Shown in pieces: positions 1 to 13,134 of a stretch of 64,000 nucleotides of DNA. Position 1 is the first letter of the stretch. Every line of letters starts with the position of its first letter. This DNA comes from Podospora anserina (taxonomy: Eukaryota). The notes beneath the pieces were generated by a model. That model did not search any database. It was not told where the DNA came from and saw only the letters and a program-made list of their open reading frames with translations. Position numbers and translations under genes: made by a program. The stretch is from assembly GCA_017654855.1 (NCBI GenBank), contig CM030332.1, positions 2,356,001-2,420,000 of the forward strand. Direction: 5' to 3'.

Positions 1-64
1 CAGCATTTCCCGCCAAACAGCTAAACCTCGTGAGCCTCACAACCTATTCAAAGACACAAGCAAA

Positions 65-1637
65 ATGGATTCACCCACGTCCGATGCCTCCCTCAAGGAG
101 CAGCTCAAAAGCAGATTCGTGGGCAAGACACTCGACCAAGTCCCCACCCCATCAGTGATCCTCGATCTGGCCAAACTCGAGACGAACTGCAATGGAATGC
201 TGGAAGCGACGGAGAAACTTGGTCTGCTCTGGCGGGCTCACATAAAGACGCACAAGGTATAAATCGTCGTTGAGAATAAGTCGCCGGTCATGAGCTGACA
301 TTGTTCAGACAACAGAGCTCACCCGCCTCCAAGTTGGCAATGACAAGTCCACTCCTGTGAACATTGTCGTCTCAACCATCATCGAAGCAGAGAATATCCT
401 CCCATTGCTGAAAGAATACCAGTCCAAGGGGAGAAAAGTCAACGTGCTCTTCTCCTTTCCCCTCTTCCCTTCCGCGGCCTCTCGACTAGCCGATCTATCT
501 GCGCAGTTAGGACCGGATTCCATCTCTCTTATGATTGACCACCCTGACCAACTCGTTTCTGCCGCAACTATTGCTCACACAACGGGTGCTTACCCCCCTC
601 TGGTGTTCATCAAGATTGACGGTGGCTACCACCGAGCAGGCGTACAGCCCTCTCCCAGTTTCGCCACGGGGGAGTCAACCCAGGGGGACAGCAGCCACCC
701 TTCCGAAGTCCTCATCGACGCCGTTCTCGAAGCGGAGAAACAAAACAAGTGTGTCTTGCACGGGGTGTACATCCACGCAGGCCACAGCTACGGCACCAGG
801 ACTGACTGGGCTGCATTGGGCTATCTAGCCCAGGAATTCCAAATCTGTCTCGACTTTGCCGAAGCGATCAGGAAACGAAGCCCAGGGCATAAGCTAGTCC
901 TTTCCGTTGGTGCGACACCTACCGCAACCACCATCCAGCACCCTAGCATCATCTCATCTGGTGACAACAACAACGGTGATAGTTCAGTTCAGAAACTAAA
1001 AGAATTCATCACCGCCCAGTCAAAAAGAGAAAACCCATTCAGCCTTGAAGTCCACGCCGGGGTTTAGTATGTCCCTCCCTGCCCCCTATTCCTAGGTACT
1101 CAGCTAACACCCCCAAGTTCAACCCTCGACCTGCAACAGCTCGCCACCCACGCCCGGGACTCCTCCCTCCTCAAGGCTGACGACATCGCCATCAGTGTCC
1201 TAGCAGAAATAGCCTCCCTCTACCCCTCCCGCGGCAAAAACTCCACCACCGAAGCCCTCATCAACGCAGGCTGCCTCGCCCTCGGCAGAGAACCCGTCAC
1301 CGACAAGGGCAGCATCCCCGGAGTGGATTACTCCGGCTGGGGCTTTCTTATGCCCTGGGGCGGTTACCTCACCTCTAACCCCACCCCAGGTCCTGATTTT
1401 CCCCGTGTTCACCCCGGTTGGCAAGTGGGCAAAGTCTCCCAGGAACATGGCATCTTGGTGTGGGATGGTAAACCCGAAGACGAGATCCCGCTGCAGTATG
1501 GACAGAGGGTGAGAATCTGGCCTAATCACAGCTGCATCGCGGGCGCGTGCTTTGATTGGTATTTGATCGTGGACAGTAGGAGCAAGGGGAGGGAGGACGA
1601 GGTGGTGGATGCTTGGCCTAGGTGGAGGGGATGGTAG
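65..1637 (+). CDS. D-serine dehydratase-like PLP enzyme (alanine racemase fold III); exons 65-256, 309-1066, 1118-1637
   Basis: TPSVILD...RAHIKTHK (PLP lysine), KIDGGYHRAG, HAGHSY, SQEHG and PNHSC motifs typical of the DSD1/D-threonine aldolase family; introns GTATAA..CAG and GTATGT..AAG with CTRAC branch points restore the frame (HAGVY|STLDLQQ). Confidence 0.85.
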
Positions 1638-2196
1638 GTAGAGATTGTGATCACGAAACCAAGTGTCGATGAGAGGGAGCATACAATACTTTGCCGTATT
1701 TTTTTCTAAGAACTAAAAACCCAGAACAAGGCTCGTTGAGCACCTGAAATGAAGCAACAGTCAAAACCAGCGCTGGACCTTTTTAGAGACCACGGTCTTT
1801 TCCCCTACGCTGACTCCTCGTTCGATCAAAGAGAGGTGCCCCCGGAATAATCCACCCCCCTTCTTTCACTTGGCTCACTCAAATTTCACATAACGCCAAC
1901 GCATGCCCTACCCTCCCCCTACGCCCTTACGCCACCCCCCCTTGGAGGTGCTTCATCCCTCTACTTCTTTTCCTCCTCCTCAGCTACTTTCTTCCTCTTC
2001 CCCTTCCCCTCGTCCCTGGTTGCCTCTTCTCCTCCTTGACTTTTTTCCACTTCCTTTTCTCCTCCTCCTCGATCTCCTTCGTCTTCTTTTCCTCCTCCTC
2101 CTCCAGGGCTTCGCTTACCTTCAAGCATACACCGTTGCGAGCTTTTTTCTGACATCTTCACCTTCCTCTCCATCGAAGTCGGGTTGGCCGACCACC

Positions 2197-3680
2197 CTAC
2201 TTGCAGCGCTTCTCCACGATCCCAGGCCCGTTCTCCTCGTATTCCTTTCGTGAGATCCACATCTGGTGGAATGTGCCCAGACTCCCGAGGATGCTGCCAC
2301 CTATCCAGGCCCCGAACCGCCTCTCGCTGCTGAGGCCGGCGGCGTGAAGCTTGACCTTGACGCTGGGGAACATGGCTGTGAGTTCGTGGTTCAGGCGGTC
2401 GGTGAACCCTGGCAACAAGCTTGTGCTCCCGGTAACGACAACGTTGGCCAAAAGGGCAGGTCGAACGTCGACGTCGATGGAGTCGAGTGCTGCCTTGATC
2501 AAGCCGGGCACAGTCTGGGCCTTGGTGATCTTTCCTTCCTCGGTGGCGCTGGGGAAGGCAGCGTTGTCGTCCCACATGCCCTCGGCAGCCTTGAAGCGTT
2601 GCTCGCGCCACATCTGATTGCTGCCATCTGGCATCTCAAACACACGGCCAGGCAGGTTCTTGGCGTAGTCCTCGTTTCCTGGCGCGAGGTATCTCCCAGG
2701 GCCCCTCCAAACCTCTACCACAGACTCCTTGAACTCTTTCAAGACTCTCTCCTCCTCATAGGCCCTGAAGGAGGGTGAAATCTGGAAATCAAAAGTCTTC
2801 AGCCTGGCGTCAGCAGGTTGCCCAGCCTCCACCGGCTTCTTGTTTTCCACCATAAAAGTAGGCACAACCTCCACCTTGGGCTCGCTGGCCTCAAAGAGCG
2901 ACCTGATCTGGCTGCTGAGCCATACACCGCCGACAGGCGACCGCTGGACGCTCCGCTTCAGCACCATGCCGTCAAAAATCGCCGTTACACTGGTGTTAGA
3001 TCCTCCCACGTCCAACACCAAGGCTGTCGCCTTCCCCGCTGCAAAGGCAGCCAGCACCGGGGTCTTGCTCAGCCAAAACGCAGGACACGCCCAATTCTCC
3101 ATGCAAATCTCAATGGCCTTTTCCCTCTGCTTTGGTGAGTTCCATGCCGCCTCTGTCATCAACAGTGGATTCTCCGCCATGGGCTTTTCGTAGTTTTCCG
3201 TCTCGTCTAAATCAGCCTCGTCGGCCATTTCCACATCTTCGCCCTCGGCTGCTGGTTTGGGCTTGTTGTTCAGGCCGTTTTTGCTGGGCGGGGTTGGGCG
3301 GGGGATGCCCAGGCGGTTGACAAGGGCATGCTCCCAGATCTTGGTGGCGGCATCCCAGTCCTCCACGACGCTATCGCGGTTCATGTAATTGCGGATTTCG
3401 AAGTCAGCACGGGGATACATTGCCTGGTCGCCGAAGACATCGCGATTGGAGGAGGTGATATGGCCGTAGAACGAGGGGAGAACCTGCTTAGGCATTTCTT
3501 CGCCCGCGAAGCCGGCACGGGTGTTGATGTAGCCTGGGTCAAGGACGATGGCAGAGACTTCGTCTGAAGGGGCGGAATTGTTAGCATGTGCGCTCCTACT
3601 GGGGGTAGCAGATGATGGAGCATACCTCCGCCATAGACGTCCGTCGGTTGTACCGACGAGGGGAGCGGTTGTTGTGCCAT
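2197..3680 (-). CDS. ARP4: Nuclear actin-related protein Arp4 (NuA4/INO80/SWR1); exons 3680-3626, 3563-2197
   Basis: Spliced N-terminus VYGGDEVSAIVLDPG..RAGFAGE; C-terminus ERRFGAWIGGSILGSLGTFHQMWISRKEYEE characteristic of Arp4/BAF53. Confidence 0.92.
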
Positions 3681-4523
3681 GTTGTAAGTTGTGATGTCGT
3701 ATAATATGATGATGGACTCTGTAGCTATCAATTGAATCTGTGTGGAATCAGTGATGGTGTGTGAAAGATGAGATTTTAAATTTGTTGGGAGTAAGTTGCA
3801 GGCGACAGAGATGGAACCAGTCGCGTGAAGAATGATTGAGCTTCTCGAAGTACGAGGGGTGGGCGCAGAGCTGCAAGACGGCGCGTTCCTGCTCTTAAGA
3901 GAAAACAGTGGGGCATGGAAGGCAGCCTTGGCAAGTACAACCACTGAAAGTCTGCCTCAGTGAGCTGTTGTACTTTGATGGATTTCCATTGCAGTTGCCT
4001 GCCCACACCAGCTCATTGATTCATCAGACGGAGAAGCCACCACAGAAATTTTTAACTGTCAGGACACCTAGCTTTTCCTTCTTTTCTACAACGTACCTCC
4101 TTCGACCAAGACTGCCCGTCAAAAGCACAGACTCCAAACCAAAAAGACCAGCCCAGGTTTTCGGCACCGACCTTCAAAGCCCCACCTGAAAGCGAAGCTG
4201 GGGAAGGCCCCTGCCTGCGAAGCTAATTCTTGGCGCGACTTTGCTTCCCGCCCGCCGCGACTTAACAAAGGCAGCGAGGCCAGCGGAGACAAATCGCAAC
4301 CACACATCGCCAAATCGTGATTCAGCTTTCCCCAGGCTTCCGACCCTGCCACGGCACTCGAGGGCAGCCAAACTCTAGGTCGCCGGCGCTCAAAACGATG
4401 AGATAACCGTGTACCATCCAGCGCATTCCAAACGAGGACCTGAGCTGCGACCTCGCACCTCACCAAACCCTCTCACTACAAACCCATCCCGTTCCCGACA
4501 TTCCAACCGCTACCACTGACACC

Positions 4524-7500
4524 ATGGCGGTCGACGAACTCGACTTTGCCAATCTTAACGACGAGGCTTGGGCTGATGTCGAGGCCCGTGACGAAGCCGC
4601 CATCAAGAAGATCAACAACGCTTTTGAGGACGGCGAACTCAATGGCATCATCGGCAATGTCGCATCAGGCGGCGCCATCGACCAGGCCGACAAAGCCGAC
4701 AATGCTATCGACTTTGAAGACATGGATTTGAGCGACGAAGATGACCTACCCGAGGAGGAGGAAGCGACGGGCCCGCCCTTGGACGCTAATGACGATGAGG
4801 ACGACCTCTTTGGTGACGCCGGCTTCAGGTCCTCCCCGGAACCCGCTGACGGGCTAAACGACGATAACGACGCCGATTCCAATGCTCCTGATGCAGACGG
4901 TATGGATATTGACGAGCCTTCCAAGTCGCTGGAGGAACTGCGGGCCATGAACTTCGACTTTGATCATGACCCTGGCCTGGACGAAACCAACCAAGATCCC
5001 AACATTCCGGCCCCTGCCGAGAATCTCGTGGAAGCCGTCAAGCAAGCCTACCCGGGATTCAAGGAGAACTCTGTTCTGCCTTGGAACGAACTTTTGCGCC
5101 CCAAAGTTGCCACCTGGATCTCCAAGAAACCTCTGAAGCCTCCCAAGCACCTCGTGCCGAGCAAACTGAGCTTGGATTTGGAGGCTGATCAGGAGAAGCT
5201 TTTCAGAATTCCCGGCACTGCCATGTATTCGGTATTTCAGAGGATCAGAGATGCCGAGGCGCGCGGTCTGTGGTCTCTAGAGGAGTATGAGCCCCTGGAG
5301 CAAGCCGATATTGAGGTGTTCAGCGTGGACGATGGGGAGTCTGGCGATGAGAAAATAGGCGGGTACACCCTGCGCGACATCGCCCTTGTGTGCGATGACT
5401 GGGACAGCGTCGTCGGGCTTGCCGAACTCCAAAGCCAAAACCAGGTCGACTCCGTCACTGAAGACAGGCACATTAAGTCTGAGCCTGACGAAGATGACGA
5501 AGACGACGAGTGGGATAGAATGTTTCTGGATAACCAGCCTGCCTCGAAGAAACGGCGGTTGGAGATACCAAAAGGCCTCCCGCCTATCCCAACCTTTACA
5601 GCACCGAACTTTGACAATTACGAACAAGCTGCCTCCAAGCTCGGGAAGCGCGTCATACTGGACATGAACGACCCGTTCCTTCTTGTGGATGATGTCGAGT
5701 CGTCAGAACGAGCCGCCAAGAGACGCAAGACCCAGCACAAGACGGTCCGCCTGGCAAATGGACGCCTTGGCCGCGAATTGACCCAACGATTCAACTTTTC
5801 TTCGGACCAGGCCTACGATGCCCTCAAGGAAAACGCTCAGAGCAAGGTTCGCGCGACGTTGGCGCCCATTCCCGTCGAGCACAGTATGCCTGCCCAGCGG
5901 CTGTCTTGGCCATATTACAAGGTCAAGCTTACTGCCAGCGACCCGCACAGTTATCACCGGCCGCAATTCCATCCAAAGAAGGATGGTCAGCATCTCATCA
6001 GGTTTTCCAAGCCTCAGCCTACAAAACGCAAGTTGATGAGGGCCAAGAAGATTCCAGAGGCCTTCAGGACATCTGCCGACCTCTCAATGAACGACAGCTC
6101 CACCGCTGTACTACTGGAGTACTGCGAGGAGGTTCCCATTGTACTTTCCAACTTCGGCATGGGTCAAAAGATCATCAACTACTACCGTCGCTCAAAGGGC
6201 ACTGACTCCAACTCTAAGGGAGAGAAGAGGGAGCTCGGCGAGAACTGTGTCTTGATGCCTGAGGACCGGTCTCCGTTTGCCATGGTTGGCCAGGTACATC
6301 CGGGCGAAACTGTGCCTACTCTTCATAACCAGATGTTCCGAGCCCCCATCTTCAAGCACAGCCCGAGAAAGACTGATTTCCTCGTTGGTCGCAGCTCCAC
6401 CGGCAAATCAGGGGCGAGCTGGTACATTCGCAACATTGATCATCTCTTCGTCGTCGGTCAGATTCTTCCCTCGATGGAAGTGCCAGGACCTCACTCCCGG
6501 CGTGTGACCAACATTGCCAAAAACCGCCTCAAGATGGTTTCATATCGCCTGCTCAGGAACAGCGACAATGTCACGCTCAGCGATATCACAAAGCACGTCG
6601 CCGAGTCCAACGAGTCACAGAACCGTCAGAAGCTCAAGGAATTTTTAGACTTCCGCAAGGAGCAGCGCAACTGGACGCTCAAGGAAGGCGACGAAATGTT
6701 GCCGGAAAGCGAGATCCGGTCGCTTGTTAGGCCTGAAGAGGTCTGCCTGTTGGATGCCATGCAGGTGGGCGCACACGAACTCGAGAACGGCGGCTATGAA
6801 GTTAATGACAGCATGGTCAACGATGAGAATGAAGCCGGTGACGAGCTACCTCCGGATGCACTTGCTAATAAAATGGCGCCGTGGAGGCTCACCAAGGCTT
6901 TCATTGATGCGAGCCATGGCAAAGCCATGATCGCTGTTCACGGTGCGGGAGACCCGACGGGCAAAGGTCTCGGCGTCAGCTACCTCCGCACCTCGATGAA
7001 GGGTGGTTTCCTAGAGCAGCTTCAAGGTCCCAATGCTACATCCGCCGATGCCATAGAGCGACAACGGAAGGCTAACGGCGGGCACATGTACAACGTCAAG
7101 AACCAAGACACGCTGTACAGTGAAGCTCTCAAGGATATCTGGAACCGCCAGCGAGAAAGTCTGCAGGATGCGCAGGAGCACGATGACGACGATGTTTTGG
7201 CACAGGAAGACGAGGATGATCGCTTCAACACCCAGAGTCAGGCTCCTTCCCGCCCGGCCGTCCCCGATGGCGTCAGCCAGATCAGTCAGAGCCATGCCAG
7301 CGCTGTGGGTGGTGGCAGAAAGCTGAAGATCACCCGGCAAATCAAGGATGAGAACGGCGAGCTTAAAACTGTTGAAGAGGTCGTTCACGACCCCGTGGTC
7401 ATCAATCAATACCTGAAGAGGAGGCGCCAACAAGCCATGGAGAAGATCGAGTATGTTGCTGTCCTCAGAAACAGTCAATTCAACCTGGATTTTGCTGACA

Positions 7501-8363
7501 TGATATCTGTAGCTTTGACAATATCAAGCTTACCGGAGACAAGGAAACCGATACGCTCATTCTTGAAAAGTTAGTATCAACCTACCATTGCAGTGCACGG
7601 AAACTAACACGTTTTGGCAGAGCTGCGATTGAGCTCGAGCGTCTACAGAAGAACAAGATCCGAACAGCCAAACGCACCAAGCAGAAGGATCTTCAGCAGC
7701 GCATGAAGGAAGGCGGCGCCGACGGCCCCGATTCACCCGGTCCCGGCGGAGAAAAGGTCCCGGGCACGACGAGGAAGTGCGCGAACTGCGGCCAGGTCGG
7801 CCATATCAAAACCAACAAGAAGTGTGTATGCCCCAGCCCCTTGTGTGATTCTTTCGACGATGAGGAGCTCTGGGAGGAGATTGAGGAGGAGGAGAAGGAG
7901 GAGGAAGAGGAGGTAGTGGAGCAGCCCAAGGCGAAGCCGAAGAAGCGCAAGCCGTGGAATCGTCCGACTGCTCGCAAAGAGCGGGAGCTGGACACGCAGC
8001 GGAGCAAGCTGCTCACCGATGCTTCCCAGTGGTGAAGTTTGGGCTCTTATGATGTTGCTTTGACAGCAGTCTGGTCAGCAACCCAAGAAAGGCGTGGTCC
8101 AAGGAGACGTAAACCGCCGATATGATCGTGGAAGAGCTGCGAGTCATGATTTCACAAGTTTTCTTTTACTTTTTCTTTTTCTTTTGTCTTTTCTTACTGT
8201 CAACAACTTCATGCTTTGCGTTTACGCAACACTTGGCTGACATTTAACCCCCAAAAGGCTCTGCCCGCTTCTCAATGGGTCTCGACCCCGCGAGCAGAAC
8301 CCCGACGACGCTGCTGGACTTGCATCTGGCGACGCGCCTGTTGCGGCCAGTTTCATTCTTTGA
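4524..8363 (+). CDS. TAF1: TFIID subunit 1; exons 4524-7450, 7513-7569, 7621-7821, 8258-8363
   Basis: Core domain motifs LEYCEEVPIVLSNFGMGQKIINYYRR, APWRLTKAFI, GAGDPTGKGLGVSY; C-terminal zinc knuckle CANCGQVGHIKTNKK|LCPLLNG after splicing; introns inferred from GT..AG and branch sites. Confidence 0.92.
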
Positions 8364-11300
8364 AGAGAGGAGTGTCTCCCGCCGTTGGGGCGAGATGAAG
8401 GGGGTAGGGGTGGGAGGCGCCGCGGTGCGGTGCGGGGGTTGGTATGCTAAACTTGCAGTTCTAATTTGGAGCTATCGATCATGGTCCTTGAGGCAGGAGA
8501 CTGTACGGCAGTCGGGCAACCAATCTATCTGCGACGTACCGGACATCGACCTTTGGCACGCAAGACACGCCAACCCGGTTTACTGGCCAGGAAGGAGATT
8601 ACGGGAGGAGGCATGGAGGTTTGTGTGGGGATACAGCAGAGTATTTTGAGGGGGGATCGGTTTCTCGCTTGAGGCTTACTTACTTACATCATACCCTTTT
8701 ATTTGCGCAGGCGTTTGGTATTTGATTGATGTACTCGGTAATTTGAGGAGGGACAACAATGGGTATCTAGGGATGGGTGGGGGTTTCACGGTTTTGGGAA
8801 AAAGAAGGTGGGCGGCTCGGTCTACATTACATTTGGCGTTACCAAGGGGACAAGACTAAAAGGTCATGGCGTTCAAGGAGAGTGTCTTTTCAACTGCATT
8901 GACGGGGCTAGGATCTGGCGCTCTATGTCTTGAGGTGGGGGGAGGTTTCGCAGTTTGAGGATGAAAGGGCGTTAAGCTGGGGATATCAAGAGAGAGCGTG
9001 TTGATGTTAGTGGAGGTTGTTGCAGTGTACATAATTATGGAAATCGTGTATAATGAATGCGATACATACCAGCCCTATCACGGGACTTGGATGAGTGGTG
9101 ATCAATCTATCTGTTACATGGCCTTGCTGGTGACAATGAATCAGGAGAGCCAAGGAAAGGGGTAAGTTGGAGTACCCAGTTTGAAGGTTGACAAGAAAAG
9201 AATTGGAGATGGCTAAACGCCGGTGAGTGGATGTGAGGTGAAGTCACGTTAGGTTGGTCATGATGCCAAAAATGGGTGCTTAACAGGGGGGTATATAGAT
9301 TCTATGTTTATGAGCGGGTGATGTAAGGTATGTGTGTTGTGGGGGGGAGGTGATGGCGGGTGGTAGTTACACAAGAACCTCGACTGTCAAGAACCGCTGT
9401 CAGCTTACAAGAACGATATCCAGTGTGCACAATCCAAAAAGAGAACAAAAACAACCGGTTGGGTACCAAGATCTGTTGAAATGTGGGGGTTGGCTTGCTA
9501 TTCATTTTGTGAGTAGGTATTCACTCGGTTCTGTCTGTGAGCGGCAACGTGAGTTGACAAAGCTGTGCCTGAGAAGTGTGTACATTGGGGTAAGGCTCTT
9601 GGGGATCTTTGGAGGGGTGATAGATTAAACGGCCACCAAAATCCTGGCGTTTAGATGGGCGCCCACATTCCGATCAGTAATTGTTTGCTCATGTAGGTTT
9701 CCTGGGATAGAACAGATTTGGAGATCTGCCCCCCTGAATCCCGGTAGTTGTATGCATGCCATATGTTGTTGGTTCGTTGATGCTGACCGGGAGGATATAT
9801 TGGGTCCTATACTTGGGGAGAGTAGGTAGGTATGACGGCATATTCAAGAACGCAGTCTTGACAGTCAACAACCTCCCGTATTGTCGCTCTTCTGTGAGTA
9901 GACCGGTTGTCTGAGACGTAGATATGGCACCCAGATACGGCTGCCGAGAAATATAACACCTCATTGGCCCAAAATCTCCTCACAGCCAGCCAGCCAGCCA
10001 CTCAGTCGGTCGACAAAGAAGACTAAACCTCCGGGCCCGCAGTAACGATCTTCGGACCACACGGCCTTTCCACCTGGCCTTGCGCCTTACGGGAGGTGAG
10101 ACAACCGGCCGGTTGGTTCAGCCATCCTTGTTTTGGCCTACTGAGGCCAGCCCGGCCTGTCTTCCTGGTCAAGTCCTCTACAATGTCATGCCTGCCGGCT
10201 CCGAACTCTTGTGTTGTTGGGTCTCGCCTTGGGCCATGCATTGGCCCGGCGGTTCGGTCAGTGTAAGGCTAGGTAGGTAAACAAGGTCTGGATTCCGTAG
10301 GCTTATGCTGCCAAGTGGCATGAGGGAAACGGGGTGTTGATCTCGTGATTTACATACATGCTGGAGACCACACACAGTCTAAAGAGAATGAAGGCTTGTT
10401 CGTGCCGTCATCTTGCTTGCACACGTCCCGTGTGCCCGGCATATCAAAAGGGGGGGTGATGGCGTAAGTCGGCGCTTGCGCTTGCCTGGTCTTGACGACA
10501 GACGCGCTGCCGTCCCAATCGGCACTCGACTGGGCTTCGCTACCGGACAATCTCTTGTACACAGATCTCTTTATTTGGGATATTGGGGGAGATCTAAGTT
10601 TGGGGGCAGAGAGGGAGGGGAGACAATATCACGTACATCATGTGTGGGTTGCAGTTGGGGAGGGTTTTTGGAGATGGGTGACAGTGAGAAAGGGAAATGG
10701 GTTCATCAGAAGTGGGTACACACAACGGTGATATATTGAATGGATGGGATGATGGTTGGCTGAGGACTGGTGAGACTCAAGATGTATGCATGTGGTGGAG
10801 TTGGTGATGATGTCCCTGGTTTGGATGACAGGAAAATAGATTATAGCAACAATGTGATAAACGAGGCCAGCTGATGAAGTGATCTGGTAGGTGGTGATGA
10901 TAATGGGGACGGTGTGCAGAGTGCATACCCGGGGATCAACAGAAAAGTATCGAAAAGCTTATTTTTGCTATGTTTATCATTGTGTTAACCGCCGAACGTT
11001 GCGAACCGGAGCTCTGGGTCGATATTGGAGAGGTTCAACCGTCTGGGCTCGGATGGAATGGGACGGGAGTGCTGGTGATGGCGGGGAAGCCTCCCATTTG
11101 CGGGAGAAAGATGCGAAGACGCACCGCTTACGGATATTCTCAAAGCAGCAGAGCAACGCGTGTGACGAACTGCCGTCAAGGTGATGATGGCTACAAAGAT
11201 GTTGATATGCCAAGCTGCAACTGCTATGAGCAAGTCGGTGTCAAGTCGGTGACAACAGGAAGGCGGACAGATTTGAAGATTGAGCAGCGAATCAGATGTC

Positions 11301-13134
11301 TTGTCTAAGAATAGAAACGTAGCTAATTAGCCCACATCAAGACTCAACACCTCTCGCGGCGCTTACGAGCAAAGTGGGCAAAATTAACGCTCACCAATCA
11401 CGGACGGCAGAGCACCAGGTTGCATTGCTGGGCGGACAGGGTTCAGGAACCACGACCCTCAGTGCCGTTGGCGTTGCTTTCTGCCCCTCACTTTTGCGGT
11501 CGAGTGCCTGTGTTCCTGGGTCGGTGGGGATGCCCAGACGTTGAATTCAACATCGACTACGAGATCGAGGTTAGATCCGGAGCTACATGGCTTCGGTACT
11601 GGTCTGAATGGTCTCGATCCCACCCCGATAACGAAGTCTTGGCCTGGAGGGGGTTGAGCTGCAGGTTGGTTGAAGCAATCAATTTGTTGATGATGGTACG
11701 GTGGCTTCTTTCCCGAAGCTGGAACGGACCTCTTGTTCCAGAGCAGGACCCCTCATCAACCGGTTCCGTGGGTTCGTTCGAAAGAGACTTTCACAAGAGC
11801 CCGAGGCGGAAGACATTCCTCCTCTTTCCAGGTTCTCTGCTTGAATGTTTGAAGTTGATGATGACAGCCGAACCGGGAAGGAGGGGTTCGGCCAGCCTGG
11901 GAGCTCCAAAACGAACCTGTGCACCAACCTGGAACTCGTGCACGGTGCAACTCCACCGTTTGAGGAATGGCGGTTTGGGGCTGATGGCGTCGCATGGTTT
12001 TGCTGTGAATCATCACAACCTGGGGAAAATGATGGAAGAGGAGGAGCGACACAAAACCCTGTAAACGAATATTTTCACCAACCGGAGCGATGGGACCATT
12101 TCAATATGTGCTGCACTACTCATTTGAGCCGAAGTGGTTGATATGGCATTGGAGTTCCATTCGGGTATATTGGTTGATTGGCAGCAACCAGCAAAAGCTT
12201 ACAGAAAAGTACGTATCCCCGGTGCCCAACACTCGAGTCCCGTCGAGCCCTCCAGGGCTCGTCCCCGTCTTTGTTCACTGTCAATGTGAATGAAAGCTCG
12301 AGTCTACACCACGTCTCAGATCTGACATCTCTGGGAACAATGGAGCACTGACTAGAGGCATCTTTTGTCGTCAAAGCCGTTCCCCATTGCCGTTCCTTCA
12401 TTGTGGTTCCTGGATATTGAATCATCTGCTGGATAGATAGACTACAGCAGACTACAGCAGACTACTGCACAGTGCGACCGCATGGCATCCAAGTCCGAAT
12501 TGGCCGACCCTGTTTCCTGTACGGGCATCCGGCCAATACGATGCGTCTCCGAGAGGGTTGCCAAGCCATGTAGAGCTTCTCTGCCCTTTTCTCCTCCCCA
12601 TCCCCCAAGTTCTATTTTTGGATCTCTCTCTCGAACTGACATCGAACGCCGCAAGTTGCGTCGAGTACGTATCTTTTGCGACCCTGGCCCAGAACAAAGG
12701 AATTGACGTCGGCCCATCGACATCTACCACGGCTGCCACTTCCGAAGGCACAAAAAGACGTTGGACCGCCCTTCATCGCCATTGTTGCGGCCCGTTGTGT
12801 TCACGCTTTACGGCTTCACGGAGCACCAGAGACCAGCCCCAGGTCGACATACCCCAGACCCCATCTCCACCATCCGCCCACTTCGAAGCTATCCACAGAT
12901 AGGATAGCCATTCGACCCTGCATACCGGTGGACTCGTCGCCAAACCGATCGTCGACGACGACGTCGCCCAGTGCGCCCTGTCCGAACCACCATCATCTTT
13001 CTTTGTCGCCGACGAAGAGAGGCCGTTCGTTGTCCTTTGCCACGAGCACCGTTGCGATCGTGTCGCATCGCGACGACTTTCGCTCCCTCTAGCAGCTCTC
13101 ACTCCCACACACTTGCCGATACTCAGTCGACAAG

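Noticed and set aside
1903-2611. ORFs 1903-2253(+) and 1961-2611(-)
   Set aside because: Products of the GA/CT-rich ARP4 3' UTR or an alternative frame of ARP4
8400-13100. Many 60-214 aa ORFs between TAF1 and RLM1
   Set aside because: Mostly non-ATG starts, no recognisable motifs or codon bias; most likely UTRs and the long RLM1 regulatory region. No exact Rlm1 site CTA(W)4TAG seen
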